Source: a virus
DNA length: 64,000 bases
Reading direction: 5' to 3' (one strand)
IMG/VR virus record: IMGVR_UViG_3300025809_002164
Span: 82,037 to 146,036 of that record
Of the stretch, positions 48,863 through 60,273 are shown in pieces (position 1 is the first letter of the stretch; the number at the start of each line of letters is the position of its first letter). A program made the position numbers and the translations under genes. The notes under the pieces are model-generated. The model was not told the DNA's origin and searched no databases. It was given only the letters and a program-made list of their open reading frames with translations.

Positions 48863-49568
48863 ACCCATCCGAAGCTGCCTTCGTTTCGCTTTAGAAAGTT
48901 GCGATAATGAGCGTTTTGGAATTTTCGTACACAAGGACAGTGATTACGATTATGAATTTATACCTATTGATAATTTAGATAAATCAAATCCAAATCATTT
49001 CAATATTAATAATAAATTATTTTATAATTACTATAAACAGTCAAAAGTTATATCTTTATTTCATACACATATAATTGACTCTCCAGAACCGAGTCCTATA
49101 GATATAGCTTTATCTCAATCTTTAAATCTACCTACTTATATATTGTCATGTTCGAGCAAGAAGAGCTCTCTGTACTACCCGCCTGTACACAATCGAGCAG
49201 AGCTGTATTCAAGGATATTCATACCTTTTTTTCAAGATTGCATTACATTTGTTAAAGATTTTTTATATTTAAAATTTAATATTAATTTAGTAGAACTTTT
49301 TAAAAATTGGGCCAGAAGATCTAAAGACTCAAACTCTTACTTAATTAACGAATTGGAAAAACATTTCAACGAAGTTAAAAAAACAGAATTAAAATACGGG
49401 GATGTGGTTATATTTAAACCCTCAATGACAAACTTATTTCATGCTGGAATAATTGACGAAAAACTAATGCTATCCCATCACCCAATGGGCTACCAACCTA
49501 CCAGCGAATTATTTACCCCTCAACTACTTAATAAGGTGTATAAAGTATATAGGAGTAAGGTTTTATGA
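48819..49568 (+). CDS. lambda gpK-like JAB + NlpC/P60 tail assembly protein
   Basis: FHTH..PSPID; QDCITFV, GDVVIF, HAGI, SHH. Confidence 0.85.
   Translation: MDYLSEDFLGLGNTKPIRSCLRFALESCDNERFGIFVHKDSDYDYEFIPIDNLDKSNPNHFNINNKLFYNYYKQSKVISLFHTHIIDSPEPSPIDIALSQSLNLPTYILSCSSKKSSLYYPPVHNRAELYSRIFIPFFQDCITFVKDFLYLKFNINLVELFKNWARRSKDSNSYLINELEKHFNEVKKTELKYGDVVIFKPSMTNLFHAGIIDEKLMLSHHPMGYQPTSELFTPQLLNKVYKVYRSKVL
49536..49540 (+). promoter_or_regulatory. GTGTA late-promoter motif
   Basis: 24 nt before ATG 49565; leader contains AGGAGTAAGG. Confidence 0.5.
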
Positions 49569-52500
49569 AGAGATTTATTTTATATGGAGAAATGGCTGAT
49601 CTATTTTGCAAAGAAATAGAATTAAGAGCTAGCACCATGAGGGAAGCTATAGAGGGTCTATCTGCCAATTTCCCTAAGTTTAGAAGTTATTTTATTAATA
49701 AATTAAATAAAGGGATCCATTATCATTTTGTATGTCCAGATAAAAACTCCATGGAAATGTACTGCCTGGACATGCCTTTAGCTGCAGACGAGTACGACAT
49801 ACTTCCATCCGTAGAAGGATCCGCAGCTGGTGCGACAGCATTTGCAGGAAATGCTTTACTTGGATACGGAATGTCCTGGCTTTCTGATAAATTAACCCCA
49901 AAGGAACCTCCTGAAAACGAAATAATTACAACCAACTCTTTCATATATTCAAACAACGAAAACAGGGCAGAGCAGGGCACACCAGTTCCCGTGGTATATG
50001 GACAACTAAGAGTCGGATCTAAAGTAATACATTCCAGCATTCATAACTATGATTACGATTATGACGCCGGAAGCATACACGAAGGCAAGCCAATCAACAC
50101 AAGACTATCTAGACTAATAGGAGGAGCTGACTATAATTTCATAAATCCGACAGATATAACAGATCTGAGAGCAGGAACTTCAGAAAGTTTTAAAGGCCTC
50201 AAAGATTCTGCCTCAGACATCACGAAGAGGTTTGCTGGAATAGGCATGTCAATGCATGCGGGGAATGGCACTAAAAACCTCAGCTCCAAATTGGAGAATG
50301 AAGCAATGAACGAAGTCTTTGAAAATAATAAAGATAGTTCGAATAAAAAGATGCATTTCGGACCTTCAGAAAATACCGCAACCCACACTGAGGCTAGAGA
50401 AGGCTGGTGGGATATCGGTGCATCAAAAAACGCAAGACCCTTTTTATATCCAATAGCGGGAAGCGTTGACATTAACATGAGGCCGGCAGGACCAACCACC
50501 TTATCTGTAGAAAGAGAGTCTAAAGCCGGATTAGTGCCTGTAAATATAGATGAAAAATGCTTATCGTTTGTAAGTCCAAGGGTCGTATCAACAGTAGGAA
50601 CCAGGACAGCTTACAATAAACTGGAATCTATAGGCATTCATAAATCTCTAGATATTATATCCGAAGGCCCAATTGCAGGCCTAGCTAACCCGATAACTGG
50701 CCTTGATGCAGACAACGGATTAGTTAATTACCCTTATTCTAAAGCAGACCCTGTTCGCTCTACAAGATCAGCATTAGTCCAAAATATTGATTATGCTAAC
50801 CTGCAGACACCAAACTTCCCCTTAGTTATCTCGAACGCGGGATCTGATTATCCAAATGGAGTATACAATAAAACGGGTAACGATCAGTCTGATCCAAGTT
50901 TTTTTATAACAATTAAAGGTCCATCTTCGCTAAAATCAGCAAGCATTCAAGATTCATCTTTCTATAAGGGAGACCAGAATAATGACGGCCTGCCAGATAA
51001 TACAGTTTTCTTCAAAAATAATATTGCAACCACTGAACCTTTATTCTTTTCAGACAATAGAATATTCTTACTCTCCTCGGGGGACGGTAGAATATGCCTA
51101 AACGACAACGATAACAATGCAATAAACGGTTCTCTACCTGCAGTATACACAACCGCTGAGAATCCAGGAGCCGGTGTCACGGGGGTTATTGATTTAGCTC
51201 AACTTGAATCTGACTCAAACATACTACCAGGATTTAATTCGAACTTTAAAATAGGAAAAGGCTACGGTTCTCCACCTGCAGGCCTAACATACAACATCTC
51301 TCCCCACAACGAGAGCTTGGAGTATGATGTAGAAATTGAAAAACTTTCGAGTTCTAAAAGGATATCAAACTCGGAAGTGATGGATTATGGTTACTTTTTT
51401 TTAGACAGAGAATCAAATCCCACTTTTCAAAACGAATTTAATGCTGTCCACAATTCTACAGCTCCGATCATCCCTAGGACGAATTTAAATTGGTCAGCCT
51501 CAGTAAGGAATTCTATTTATTCAACGGCATTTAATGCAAATTCAAGTATAACCATAGTGGTTGGAACTTGGAGGCAGAATTTGCGATTTGGCAGCCGAAT
51601 AAACAACGTTAGCCTTACTATAACTATGCAGCAATACATAGATTGCAGTAATGTTACTGCATCCAATACCAATGCAACGGCAACAGCGACACCTGGTTTT
51701 AATTCATGGAATAATGATCAAGCCTCTATTACGAATGAATTTCAAAATTTAGTCACAGGATCAGCCGTTCCTCTAGGTTTTTTACTGCGAAATGCAGCCT
51801 TCGCAAACACCGTTTTTAATCAATTTAACTCTCAAGCTGGCAACACATTAACGTCAATAACTATTCCCGCCGTAACTATAACGAGAGCTCAGAGTATTCA
51901 ATCCGGCGGAGGAAGGTACTTAAAGTTCGGTCCAGGCTCAGGAAGCAATACAGCAAGCGGGACAACAGCTGCAGGGTGGACCACTCCGTCGCACATGCTA
52001 GAAGTAGGTAATAATAATTTCGCCACTGTATCTATAATGAGCGATGGAGCAATACCTGAAGATTTAAGCCCAACTCCTAGAGGCTTTTATTGCCCAATGC
52101 TACACCCAAGAATAACAGTGTTTGTCCTAAGAAAGACAACAGGCTCAACGGGATCATCATTCAGGTTTCTACCTACTAATATTGATGCTGTAGCTACAAT
52201 TTCGGCCACAGGAACGGTTTCAAGTGTGAACCTTCTGAGGGTTCCGGATCTACCCGTTTACGAGTCGACATTTAATGGTGGAGACTGGACTCCTATTTTA
52301 GTCAATAGTTCGACAGATACACCTGTAGTTCTTTTTCCTAATTCGCCAGATTTTTCGTACCAAGATTTAGGATACTATTGCCAAATTGATCCTAGTAATG
52401 CCGCCATCAGTGCGGACTTCGAAATTGACAACGGAACATTAACTCATGATGCTATAGCGGGAAGTAGGAGACATTTATGCACTATGGAGGCCAACTGGAA

Positions 52501-55500
52501 CAACCATATATCGAGAAACAGAATCACTCCAGGTAGGACACAACATGGAGCCGGAATGTTCCCCTCTATATTAAACAATGCATCTATACTTTCGGCAACC
52601 CCCACTATAGCTTTCAATATTGAAGCTGGTAATAAATTCAACACCCCTACAGCTACAGCTCAAGCTCAAGTTACAGTCGAAAGCATAAACCTTACGGGTG
52701 CGGATTTTTTAATCAATGCCCTTACAAACCCTACATTAGGTGCGGCATCCACCATAATATGCACAGGAAGGCCAGCCTCACTTACTGTGCTAAATGCCGG
52801 AATAGGTTATACTTTCAAATCAGGAAACGCAAACGGCTCCAGAATATCTCAAGATATATATAATTTCCAATACGGAATCAAAAAATTCGATCTTAAAAAT
52901 ACAGGAAATAAGGGGTACAAACCTGATCAGACCTTTTATGCATATGGAGTAAGCAGAACTAAGAATTTCGCCGCAGCAACAGCCAATCCCAATAATGCTA
53001 TATATAACTCATGCAAGCTTAAAATTTCGACAGACAATGCCGGTTCTATCTCTGACATAGAAATTTTGGATCCAGGATTTGGTTTTTCTACAGTACTTGA
53101 TCCAGATGATTTTATATTTTCTAACGACTCTCAATTTTTTAATAATCCTCCGGATGCCGCATTTTTAGCAGGAAGCTCGACTGAGTTCATAGACCCGGCT
53201 ATTCACTTTTTGAAGCAAGATCTTATCGTATCAGTAGCCAACAATCATCTTAATATTCTTAATAATGAAGGCTCAATCAGTAAGTTCTACATAAGCCAGG
53301 AAGGGTTAGGATTCAATCGATTTCAAGACATCTTTAACCCTTTTTCGAGCATCTCCTTTAATCCTCCAGTTTTTCAAATAACTATAGTCAACGGAAGCAT
53401 TGCCTCTATCCTCGTACAAAACCCTGGATCTGGATACTCAAACTTAGACTCGTCTATAAAAATAAAAATTTCAGACCCTCCTACATTTGCCCTGCCTCAA
53501 GTTAACAATGCAGCCATAGATCCCGATTCATGGGCTAGATCTATATATCTAAACGATGTTCCAATGAGAGACAAGAATGGAATGTTTAACTTTTCTAAAT
53601 TTCACTTCGATACAAGAATAGGTCACGGAAAAAACGGACTAGGTGAGAGCAATTTAATTCCAAGCCAGGTCGACCTTATCGCCACCAAATCGAGACCCAA
53701 TATGATAAGTTCTGAATTCAAGCTGCCCTCGTATACTAAAGTGATTGATTATCCTCTATATGGGCCCAGGAATGAAAATGAAAAGGACTACTACTACGCC
53801 CACACGATCAAAAACCCAGAAGTCTCTGTGATAGGAATTTCTATCAACATTAAAGAGCTTCACTATATTTATGAAGGAGATGAAGCTGCTGTTTATGTAA
53901 ACTTGATCCCATTGATGATGGCTGGAGTTGGTTTTATGGCTGCAAAAGCAATGAAGGACGCAATTTCAGCAGCCTTCATACAAGACCCAATATCGCTATA
54001 CTCAAAAGGAATGGGTTCTGGTACTGGAGTAGGGGCCTGCATGGGAGCCCCGATAGCCACTCAGAATCGAGACGGCGGACAGGGAATGGGTACGACCGTC
54101 GCAAAAGTTGGAGAAATGGCTAAATCGGCAATAATGGCCGGAATAGGTGCCGCGATTCTCGGAGGAGCGGCTGGAATGGTATTAACTTATTTACTGGTTA
54201 AAATATTTCCTTGTAGTAAAATTCCCTGGCTATGCTTTAAAATTGGAGAAATAATCAAGAATAGTGGAGAGATCTGGCCCGCGAAAGTAAGAATAGCTAT
54301 AGAGTATGGAGTCGAGGGAGAGACTCTTGAAAAAGATGTAATCTCATTCAACGGCTGTGCTACCAACGAATATGTAAAAGATGTATTGATTGAAAACCTC
54401 CCCAAAGCCGAAGGCTCTAGCAATAACTTTAAAAATAGGATTGTAAAAGTCTACAGAACAACTCGTAGCTTGGACCCAATCTCTGGAGGTATAGTTGAGG
54501 CTAGATATAAAATTCAAACATCACTACACTCGATAACAGAATACGTCGAAGGCTTTTTTAGTTACCCAAATACAGCGATAATAGGAACTAGAGTAAATTC
54601 AAAAGATTTTCCACAACAACCCAAAAAAGAATTTTTAATAAAAGGCCGAATGATCAGAGTGCCGCATAACTATAACCCCTCAATTGGAACGTACAATGGG
54701 GACTGGGACGGAAACTGGAAATACATAGACTCGAACGCTGATAATCTAGCTCAGACTAGCGAAATTTTGCTAGAATGGACAAGTAATCCAGCATGGATAA
54801 TTTTCGACCTATTAACTAACGAGAGATACGGGATGGGAAAATATGGAATAAAAGAATCAGATATTGATGCCTGGTCTTTTTATACTTTTTCAAAGTTTTG
54901 CGATGAGAAGGTCGATGTAGTTATAGATGGAGTTAAGTCAAGTGAGCGCAGGCATATGTGCAACCTTTATATAGACTCAGAACGTCAAGCATACGATTAC
55001 ATAAAAGACTTGATGTATATTTATAACTCCTCAATTAGTTTTAACGGGGGGAAAATATACATAACTACAGATTCATCTGTCTTAGGGAAAAATGAATCGA
55101 TAATGATATTTAACAATTCAAATGTAGATGAGTCTGGCTTTTCTTATTCTAGTACTCCTGAGACTTCAAGGATCACTTCTGCGACTGTAGATTACCTAGA
55201 CGAAAGAGATAATTACATGCAAAAAAGCGAATACGTAGAAGATGGCGAAGGAGTTAAAGAGCACGGATACTCTCACATAAAAATAGCAGGAATGGGAGTA
55301 ACAAGGAGGGGAGAGGCTCACCGCCTGGCTTGGCATAAAATTTTAACAAAGCAATTAGAAAAAGAAATAATACAATTCAAAACTGGACTCCAAGGATCAT
55401 ACTTAAGGATTGGCGACGTTATAGATGTAGTTGATAATCATAAGATAGAAAAACATTCAGGAGGTAGAATTACCAGGATCGTTTCGGCCACAGAGATTGA

Positions 55501-55915
55501 AATCGATATCCCTGCAGCAGCCATAGCTTCTTCAGCCCTACTTCTTGAAGTGCCCAGCCCATCTGATTCAGATTCCGATACTATAGATTCCTCTAATATA
55601 CTCAATCGCAGATCCAGCCAATTCAAAGAGTATTCTATATCTATAAAGCAAAATTTTTCAATCACATTCTCTTCACCCATAGATCCAGAAATCGTGAAAG
55701 GCTTAATATGGATCATTAAAGAAGATGCCGCAAGTGAAATATCTCCAAAAAAATATCGAGTGAAGGAGATTAAAGAGTCTTCCTCCATGAACTTCGAAAT
55801 TATTGGCACAGAATATCTGGAAGGTAAATACGAGCAAATAGACAAAAGCTCTTCATCTAAAGATGGTATTCTCCTCGAAGAGAGGGAGTATTATGGGCAC
55901 AACATAATAGTATAG
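49565..55915 (+). CDS. fused lambda gpI-gpJ-like tail tip/hub protein with large insertions
   Basis: Ubiquitin-like LYGE start, QGTPVPVVYG..VGS, ISEGPIAGL, YPNTA, WTSNPAWI..DLL..RYGMG, FCDE, LRIGDVI..GGRI. Confidence 0.92.
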   Translation: MKRFILYGEMADLFCKEIELRASTMREAIEGLSANFPKFRSYFINKLNKGIHYHFVCPDKNSMEMYCLDMPLAADEYDILPSVEGSAAGATAFAGNALLGYGMSWLSDKLTPKEPPENEIITTNSFIYSNNENRAEQGTPVPVVYGQLRVGSKVIHSSIHNYDYDYDAGSIHEGKPINTRLSRLIGGADYNFINPTDITDLRAGTSESFKGLKDSASDITKRFAGIGMSMHAGNGTKNLSSKLENEAMNEVFENNKDSSNKKMHFGPSENTATHTEAREGWWDIGASKNARPFLYPIAGSVDINMRPAGPTTLSVERESKAGLVPVNIDEKCLSFVSPRVVSTVGTRTAYNKLESIGIHKSLDIISEGPIAGLANPITGLDADNGLVNYPYSKADPVRSTRSALVQNIDYANLQTPNFPLVISNAGSDYPNGVYNKTGNDQSDPSFFITIKGPSSLKSASIQDSSFYKGDQNNDGLPDNTVFFKNNIATTEPLFFSDNRIFLLSSGDGRICLNDNDNNAINGSLPAVYTTAENPGAGVTGVIDLAQLESDSNILPGFNSNFKIGKGYGSPPAGLTYNISPHNESLEYDVEIEKLSSSKRISNSEVMDYGYFFLDRESNPTFQNEFNAVHNSTAPIIPRTNLNWSASVRNSIYSTAFNANSSITIVVGTWRQNLRFGSRINNVSLTITMQQYIDCSNVTASNTNATATATPGFNSWNNDQASITNEFQNLVTGSAVPLGFLLRNAAFANTVFNQFNSQAGNTLTSITIPAVTITRAQSIQSGGGRYLKFGPGSGSNTASGTTAAGWTTPSHMLEVGNNNFATVSIMSDGAIPEDLSPTPRGFYCPMLHPRITVFVLRKTTGSTGSSFRFLPTNIDAVATISATGTVSSVNLLRVPDLPVYESTFNGGDWTPILVNSSTDTPVVLFPNSPDFSYQDLGYYCQIDPSNAAISADFEIDNGTLTHDAIAGSRRHLCTMEANWNNHISRNRITPGRTQHGAGMFPSILNNASILSATPTIAFNIEAGNKFNTPTATAQAQVTVESINLTGADFLINALTNPTLGAASTIICTGRPASLTVLNAGIGYTFKSGNANGSRISQDIYNFQYGIKKFDLKNTGNKGYKPDQTFYAYGVSRTKNFAAATANPNNAIYNSCKLKISTDNAGSISDIEILDPGFGFSTVLDPDDFIFSNDSQFFNNPPDAAFLAGSSTEFIDPAIHFLKQDLIVSVANNHLNILNNEGSISKFYISQEGLGFNRFQDIFNPFSSISFNPPVFQITIVNGSIASILVQNPGSGYSNLDSSIKIKISDPPTFALPQVNNAAIDPDSWARSIYLNDVPMRDKNGMFNFSKFHFDTRIGHGKNGLGESNLIPSQVDLIATKSRPNMISSEFKLPSYTKVIDYPLYGPRNENEKDYYYAHTIKNPEVSVIGISINIKELHYIYEGDEAAVYVNLIPLMMAGVGFMAAKAMKDAISAAFIQDPISLYSKGMGSGTGVGACMGAPIATQNRDGGQGMGTTVAKVGEMAKSAIMAGIGAAILGGAAGMVLTYLLVKIFPCSKIPWLCFKIGEIIKNSGEIWPAKVRIAIEYGVEGETLEKDVISFNGCATNEYVKDVLIENLPKAEGSSNNFKNRIVKVYRTTRSLDPISGGIVEARYKIQTSLHSITEYVEGFFSYPNTAIIGTRVNSKDFPQQPKKEFLIKGRMIRVPHNYNPSIGTYNGDWDGNWKYIDSNADNLAQTSEILLEWTSNPAWIIFDLLTNERYGMGKYGIKESDIDAWSFYTFSKFCDEKVDVVIDGVKSSERRHMCNLYIDSERQAYDYIKDLMYIYNSSISFNGGKIYITTDSSVLGKNESIMIFNNSNVDESGFSYSSTPETSRITSATVDYLDERDNYMQKSEYVEDGEGVKEHGYSHIKIAGMGVTRRGEAHRLAWHKILTKQLEKEIIQFKTGLQGSYLRIGDVIDVVDNHKIEKHSGGRITRIVSATEIEIDIPAAAIASSALLLEVPSPSDSDSDTIDSSNILNRRSSQFKEYSISIKQNFSITFSSPIDPEIVKGLIWIIKEDAASEISPKKYRVKEIKESSSMNFEIIGTEYLEGKYEQIDKSSSSKDGILLEEREYYGHNIIV

Positions 55916-55922
55916 TTTATTT

Positions 55923-58793
55923 ATGACCGTGCTACCTAAAACCGGAATATTGGATTTTTCATGGAACAACATTCCTGATGTAGACGGATACTATGCAAGG
56001 ATGAGTAAAAATGGATTATTGATTGACACTTTCAATACTTCACTCAACTACTTATCTATAAATAAACTGTCGGAGTCTGACTACGTGCAAGGGGTAGTTT
56101 ATCCATACATTGGAGACAATATTTATCCAACTGGCATTGAGCTTCAAAAACAAAGCATGCCAATAACAAATTTCCACGAACAAGGAAAGACTTTTGAATT
56201 TAATTCAATAAAAATAGACGGCCTTGAAGTTCCTCTGGTTAAAACGTCAAGCGGTTATTACAGCACAGGAGAATATCAGAACGGTAATGCTAATATTACA
56301 TTCGAATTAACTAATCCAAGAGACTCAAAAGTCTTAACCCATCCGCTTCAAGAGCCGTTTCTTGATAAAATAGAGTACGAAACTTCAAGCACAACTAACG
56401 AATTAAGCAATTTCTCATTTTCGTTTCTTAATGAATCGACTGTAAGCTCGAGTCAGGAGCCTGATTTGGGAATATTCAATGAAGGTATTACGTTTAACGA
56501 AAATGGAGGTTTCACTACCAATACGATACTAGGCCAAGACGGAGTATTCAGTAGTGAATACATCTCTGATGACTCACAATTTAAAATTACATTTGTGGAG
56601 GCAGGCCAACCAATAGAAGCCAAAGCGGCAATCACTTTAATACATGTTGATAGTGGCTGGACTCTAGATCTTGGAGAGTACAGTTTTGATGGTATATCAA
56701 GCACCATGCCACTAAGTTCCGACCTTGGGTTTATGCCTAACGAAGGTGGTATTATTATGGGAAATTTCGATAAAATAAGTTTACTTTACTATCCACCTTT
56801 CGGAGAGGAAGTTTCTCAAGAAATCTCAAGAAATATCGACTTAAAAATTAAGGCATACGATATACTGGGATCAGGAATTACCGGAAATATCACATTGCTG
56901 AATGAACCCGTATCAATAAACGGGATACATATGCAGTCTCAACCTTACGATGTTCCCGGCTCGGGACTGTTCAATATAATCCCCAGCTTCGACTTAAGGC
57001 CCAGTTCAATTAAATATGTTCTTCTAAATAAGGACAAGACTTCACATATAGTTAGCGGTCACTCAATAGATGTAGACAATTTTCAAATAACTATCCCACT
57101 AAGAGAGTCAGGATACTTATCACTAACTCCTTACGACTGGCTCGGATCCGGATCCACGTTTAATCGTCTCGAGCCAATCTTCATAGAGGAACCTTCCTTA
57201 ATTGATAGTAATAAAATCACAAACTTTGAGTCTAACCTGTCGGACTCACACTTAAATATTGACTGCAATTATAAAGCAAATAATGAAATTGGAAGCTTTT
57301 TTGAATACTCCGTCGACTCCACAGACACTTCGTCTTTTTCCTTAAACTCTTATTTAACCGGCCAGTCGGAATCCTTAGTACAACTATCCTTCGATCATTT
57401 CTCGCAAAGAACGGGCATTCACACCGATTTTTACATATCCTTAAATCTATACAGAAGTGGGTCGAGAACTCTGGATGATTCTGCGAAATCCATAATAAAA
57501 ATACCTAAACCAAAAATATCAAAAGCTGATCTTAATTTTGACCACTATAATGGTAGTTATTCTGCAGAATTAGAATCAACCCCCAGCTTTACATTTTCAG
57601 GATTAGAATTACTCATCTCCACAGGAGAAAGCTCAAGCTTTGAAGTTTCTCCTGAAGGGCTCATAGAGATGTCGGGATCATCGGCATATATTCATTCTAA
57701 ACTGGTAAACTCTCACGACAACTCATTGATTTATGATGAGAGCTTATTAACAGGTAAGGGCTTGACTCCCTCTATTGATGTCTCAACATACACACCGACT
57801 GAACTAGATGGTAGTAATTTTTTCTTTTTCAGCAATTCCGACGGAATACCAATAAATGAAATTAAAGTTCACAGAAAAGAATCTTTTTACCTAACTAGTG
57901 GAAACTTAAATGCGACCATGTCTGGGCTACAGCAATTTGAAGATTATGACAATTTTCATACAAATTCTTCAAATTTAGGATTATACTCAGACTCGGCTCC
58001 ACCAAGTATAAAGAGAGCTTCAGAATTTTCAACAACTGGCATTAATTTTTCAGGGTATTACAGCTCAGGTAGGGAGTACATTTATAGATTCACCCCGATA
58101 GGAGCCTTCGGTTCTGGATCAACTACTGACCCCATCATCAAAGCCTTCACTCAAAACGAAATAAGCGTGTCAAGTGAATCTAGTTTAATTGTCGCAGAAA
58201 AGCAAATAGAATCAATACAACATACAACAGTATTTACTAGCGGCAATCAAGATATTTTTGGGGAAAAAACATTCTTAGAAAATATATCCACAATCAACCC
58301 AACAGAGCCCGACCATGCGGCAACCAAAGAGTACACAGACGGACTGCTCCAGCAATACCCTGTAATGCCGCCGTCAATTAGGGATACATTCAGTCAGATT
58401 AATACAGGAGTTAATAAAATAACCGGATCCAAGCTTTACTTGACTAATATATTATATGACGGCTTTATCTTCATAAATGGTCATAGTGGAGACTACTCGC
58501 TTAATTCATTTTTTTATCCAATAGAATGCACTGGATTACAGGCTCAAAACTCAGGGCAACTTTCTTATTTTTCTGGAGAATCAATCGATAGTTCAATTCC
58601 GAGCCCGTCACCCTCTTCGACCCCTACTGTCACACCAACTCAGACCCCCACGACGACACCAACTCCGACCTTAACTCAAACACCAAGCATGACTCCGTCC
58701 AGGACTCCAGGGGCTCAAGTTGCAATGTACGAAAAATGCCTACCCACACCGACCGCAACTCCAACCATAACACCATCTTTAAGTCAAAATTAA
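55923..58793 (+). CDS. tail tip/fibre protein: FN3-like domains, fibre motif, short PTS tail
   Basis: LDFSWNNIPDVDGY; PYDWLGSG; GNQDIFGEKTF..PDHAATKEYTD; C-terminal TPT repeats. Confidence 0.7.
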   Translation: MTVLPKTGILDFSWNNIPDVDGYYARMSKNGLLIDTFNTSLNYLSINKLSESDYVQGVVYPYIGDNIYPTGIELQKQSMPITNFHEQGKTFEFNSIKIDGLEVPLVKTSSGYYSTGEYQNGNANITFELTNPRDSKVLTHPLQEPFLDKIEYETSSTTNELSNFSFSFLNESTVSSSQEPDLGIFNEGITFNENGGFTTNTILGQDGVFSSEYISDDSQFKITFVEAGQPIEAKAAITLIHVDSGWTLDLGEYSFDGISSTMPLSSDLGFMPNEGGIIMGNFDKISLLYYPPFGEEVSQEISRNIDLKIKAYDILGSGITGNITLLNEPVSINGIHMQSQPYDVPGSGLFNIIPSFDLRPSSIKYVLLNKDKTSHIVSGHSIDVDNFQITIPLRESGYLSLTPYDWLGSGSTFNRLEPIFIEEPSLIDSNKITNFESNLSDSHLNIDCNYKANNEIGSFFEYSVDSTDTSSFSLNSYLTGQSESLVQLSFDHFSQRTGIHTDFYISLNLYRSGSRTLDDSAKSIIKIPKPKISKADLNFDHYNGSYSAELESTPSFTFSGLELLISTGESSSFEVSPEGLIEMSGSSAYIHSKLVNSHDNSLIYDESLLTGKGLTPSIDVSTYTPTELDGSNFFFFSNSDGIPINEIKVHRKESFYLTSGNLNATMSGLQQFEDYDNFHTNSSNLGLYSDSAPPSIKRASEFSTTGINFSGYYSSGREYIYRFTPIGAFGSGSTTDPIIKAFTQNEISVSSESSLIVAEKQIESIQHTTVFTSGNQDIFGEKTFLENISTINPTEPDHAATKEYTDGLLQQYPVMPPSIRDTFSQINTGVNKITGSKLYLTNILYDGFIFINGHSGDYSLNSFFYPIECTGLQAQNSGQLSYFSGESIDSSIPSPSPSSTPTVTPTQTPTTTPTPTLTQTPSMTPSRTPGAQVAMYEKCLPTPTATPTITPSLSQN

Positions 58794-58802
58794 AATACAC
58801 AT

Positions 58803-59168
58803 ATGAACATACACAGCCAAAAAGAATTCATTAACGATATAATGTCAATGGGAAAATCATTCAAAAGTTCGGAGCATCAAGATTTTTACTCCAGCACAGT
58901 ATCAGACTTTTCGAGCGAGACATTCAAAACTCTAGGCATATCCGGATCAATTAAGGATTTCGACATTGACTCAATGTTTAAAACTTGCGAAGAGCAGGGG
59001 GTCGAGCCTATAGAAATTATAGACTGGGCTTTCGACATGCTCTCAAAGTGTCCTACTATTAACACGGGAGGTCAAGAAATAGACATGTCAAGCTCCAACG
59101 ATATCTTACAAGATCTTAAATCTAAATTTTCAGGACATCAAGACTCGCAAGATATAAATAAATTCTAA
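58803..59168 (+). CDS. hypothetical acidic protein
   Basis: 121-aa ORF in operon. Confidence 0.65.
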   Translation: MNIHSQKEFINDIMSMGKSFKSSEHQDFYSSTVSDFSSETFKTLGISGSIKDFDIDSMFKTCEEQGVEPIEIIDWAFDMLSKCPTINTGGQEIDMSSSNDILQDLKSKFSGHQDSQDINKF

Positions 59169-59187
59169 ATAACATGCTTCACTATTG

Positions 59188-59192
59188 GTGTA
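59188..59192 (+). promoter_or_regulatory. GTGTA late-promoter motif
   Basis: GTGTA-N10-ATG(59203). Confidence 0.6.
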
Positions 59193-59202
59193 ATCATAAT
59201 TA

Positions 59203-60273
59203 ATGAATATACTATTAACTGCCTCTTTTGCTAACGGCCTATTTTGTAATGGACTTCAGCAAAACATTGTCTTCCTAGCCGAAATGTTAAAAGACATGAA
59301 CTACAATGTAGCTATCTGCATAAATCATCCTATCAGCGAGTGTAGCGATCCTCCAACTGGAATCTTAATAATGGAAGAGGATGAAATAGATTCTGAATTT
59401 AATCCTGACTTTGTTCTTCAAACTGGATTTGTATTAAGAGACTCTACGATTGATGGAATAAAAAATAAAAATCATAGATGCAAAAACATTCATGTTCATT
59501 ACGGAAACAGAATGCTAGCAGATATAGAGCAGTGCAAGTGGGATACTATGGCGATCACCGACCACAAAGTCGATGAAATTTGGGTCTCCCCTCATTATGA
59601 AATCTCAATACCATACTTTAAGGCATTCTACCACACTCAGAAGGTTCACATTATACCTTATATTTGGAGCCCTAAGTATATAGACATTCATAGATCTATA
59701 TACATAAAACGAGGAAAGGATTGTAAATACATCCCAGGTCAAGAAAAAAACATTGCAATAGTTGAGCCTAATTTAAACATGACAAAAAACTGCTTGCCTG
59801 CAATACTTATAGCCGAGGAGTTAATTCAAGACCAGCCTGACTTGTTTAATAAACTTTATGTGTATTGCTCTAGCTCGATAATGGAAAAGAGATATTTTAG
59901 AGGGTGGATGTGGAACTTAGATTTACCAAAGCTCGGTAAAGTTCAATTCTCAGGAAGAAATAAAATCTCAGACATCTTTGCGAACGATGCGAATGTCGTC
60001 ATCTCTCACCACTTAATGAATGCTTTAAATTACACTCATTTAGAATCTATATATTTAGATATACCCTTAGTGCATAACTCTGAATACATGAAAGACTCCG
60101 GGTACTATTACCCAGATTACGATATACAGAAGGGAGCGTCAAGATTAATGGAAGCCTTAACTTATCACGATGAAAGCCTTGACGAATATAGAAAAAAAGC
60201 TAAATCGACATTGCATCGTTTCTCGCCAGACAACGAGCTAGTGAGAGCTAAATACCGACTACTGTTCTTATGA
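59203..60273 (+). CDS. DUF2827-like putative GT-B glycosyltransferase
   Basis: NGLQQN, GN, W.SPH, PYIWSP, EPN..KN..P, SH..N.LNY, PLVHNS, GYYYPD. Confidence 0.75.
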   Translation: MNILLTASFANGLFCNGLQQNIVFLAEMLKDMNYNVAICINHPISECSDPPTGILIMEEDEIDSEFNPDFVLQTGFVLRDSTIDGIKNKNHRCKNIHVHYGNRMLADIEQCKWDTMAITDHKVDEIWVSPHYEISIPYFKAFYHTQKVHIIPYIWSPKYIDIHRSIYIKRGKDCKYIPGQEKNIAIVEPNLNMTKNCLPAILIAEELIQDQPDLFNKLYVYCSSSIMEKRYFRGWMWNLDLPKLGKVQFSGRNKISDIFANDANVVISHHLMNALNYTHLESIYLDIPLVHNSEYMKDSGYYYPDYDIQKGASRLMEALTYHDESLDEYRKKAKSTLHRFSPDNELVRAKYRLLFL

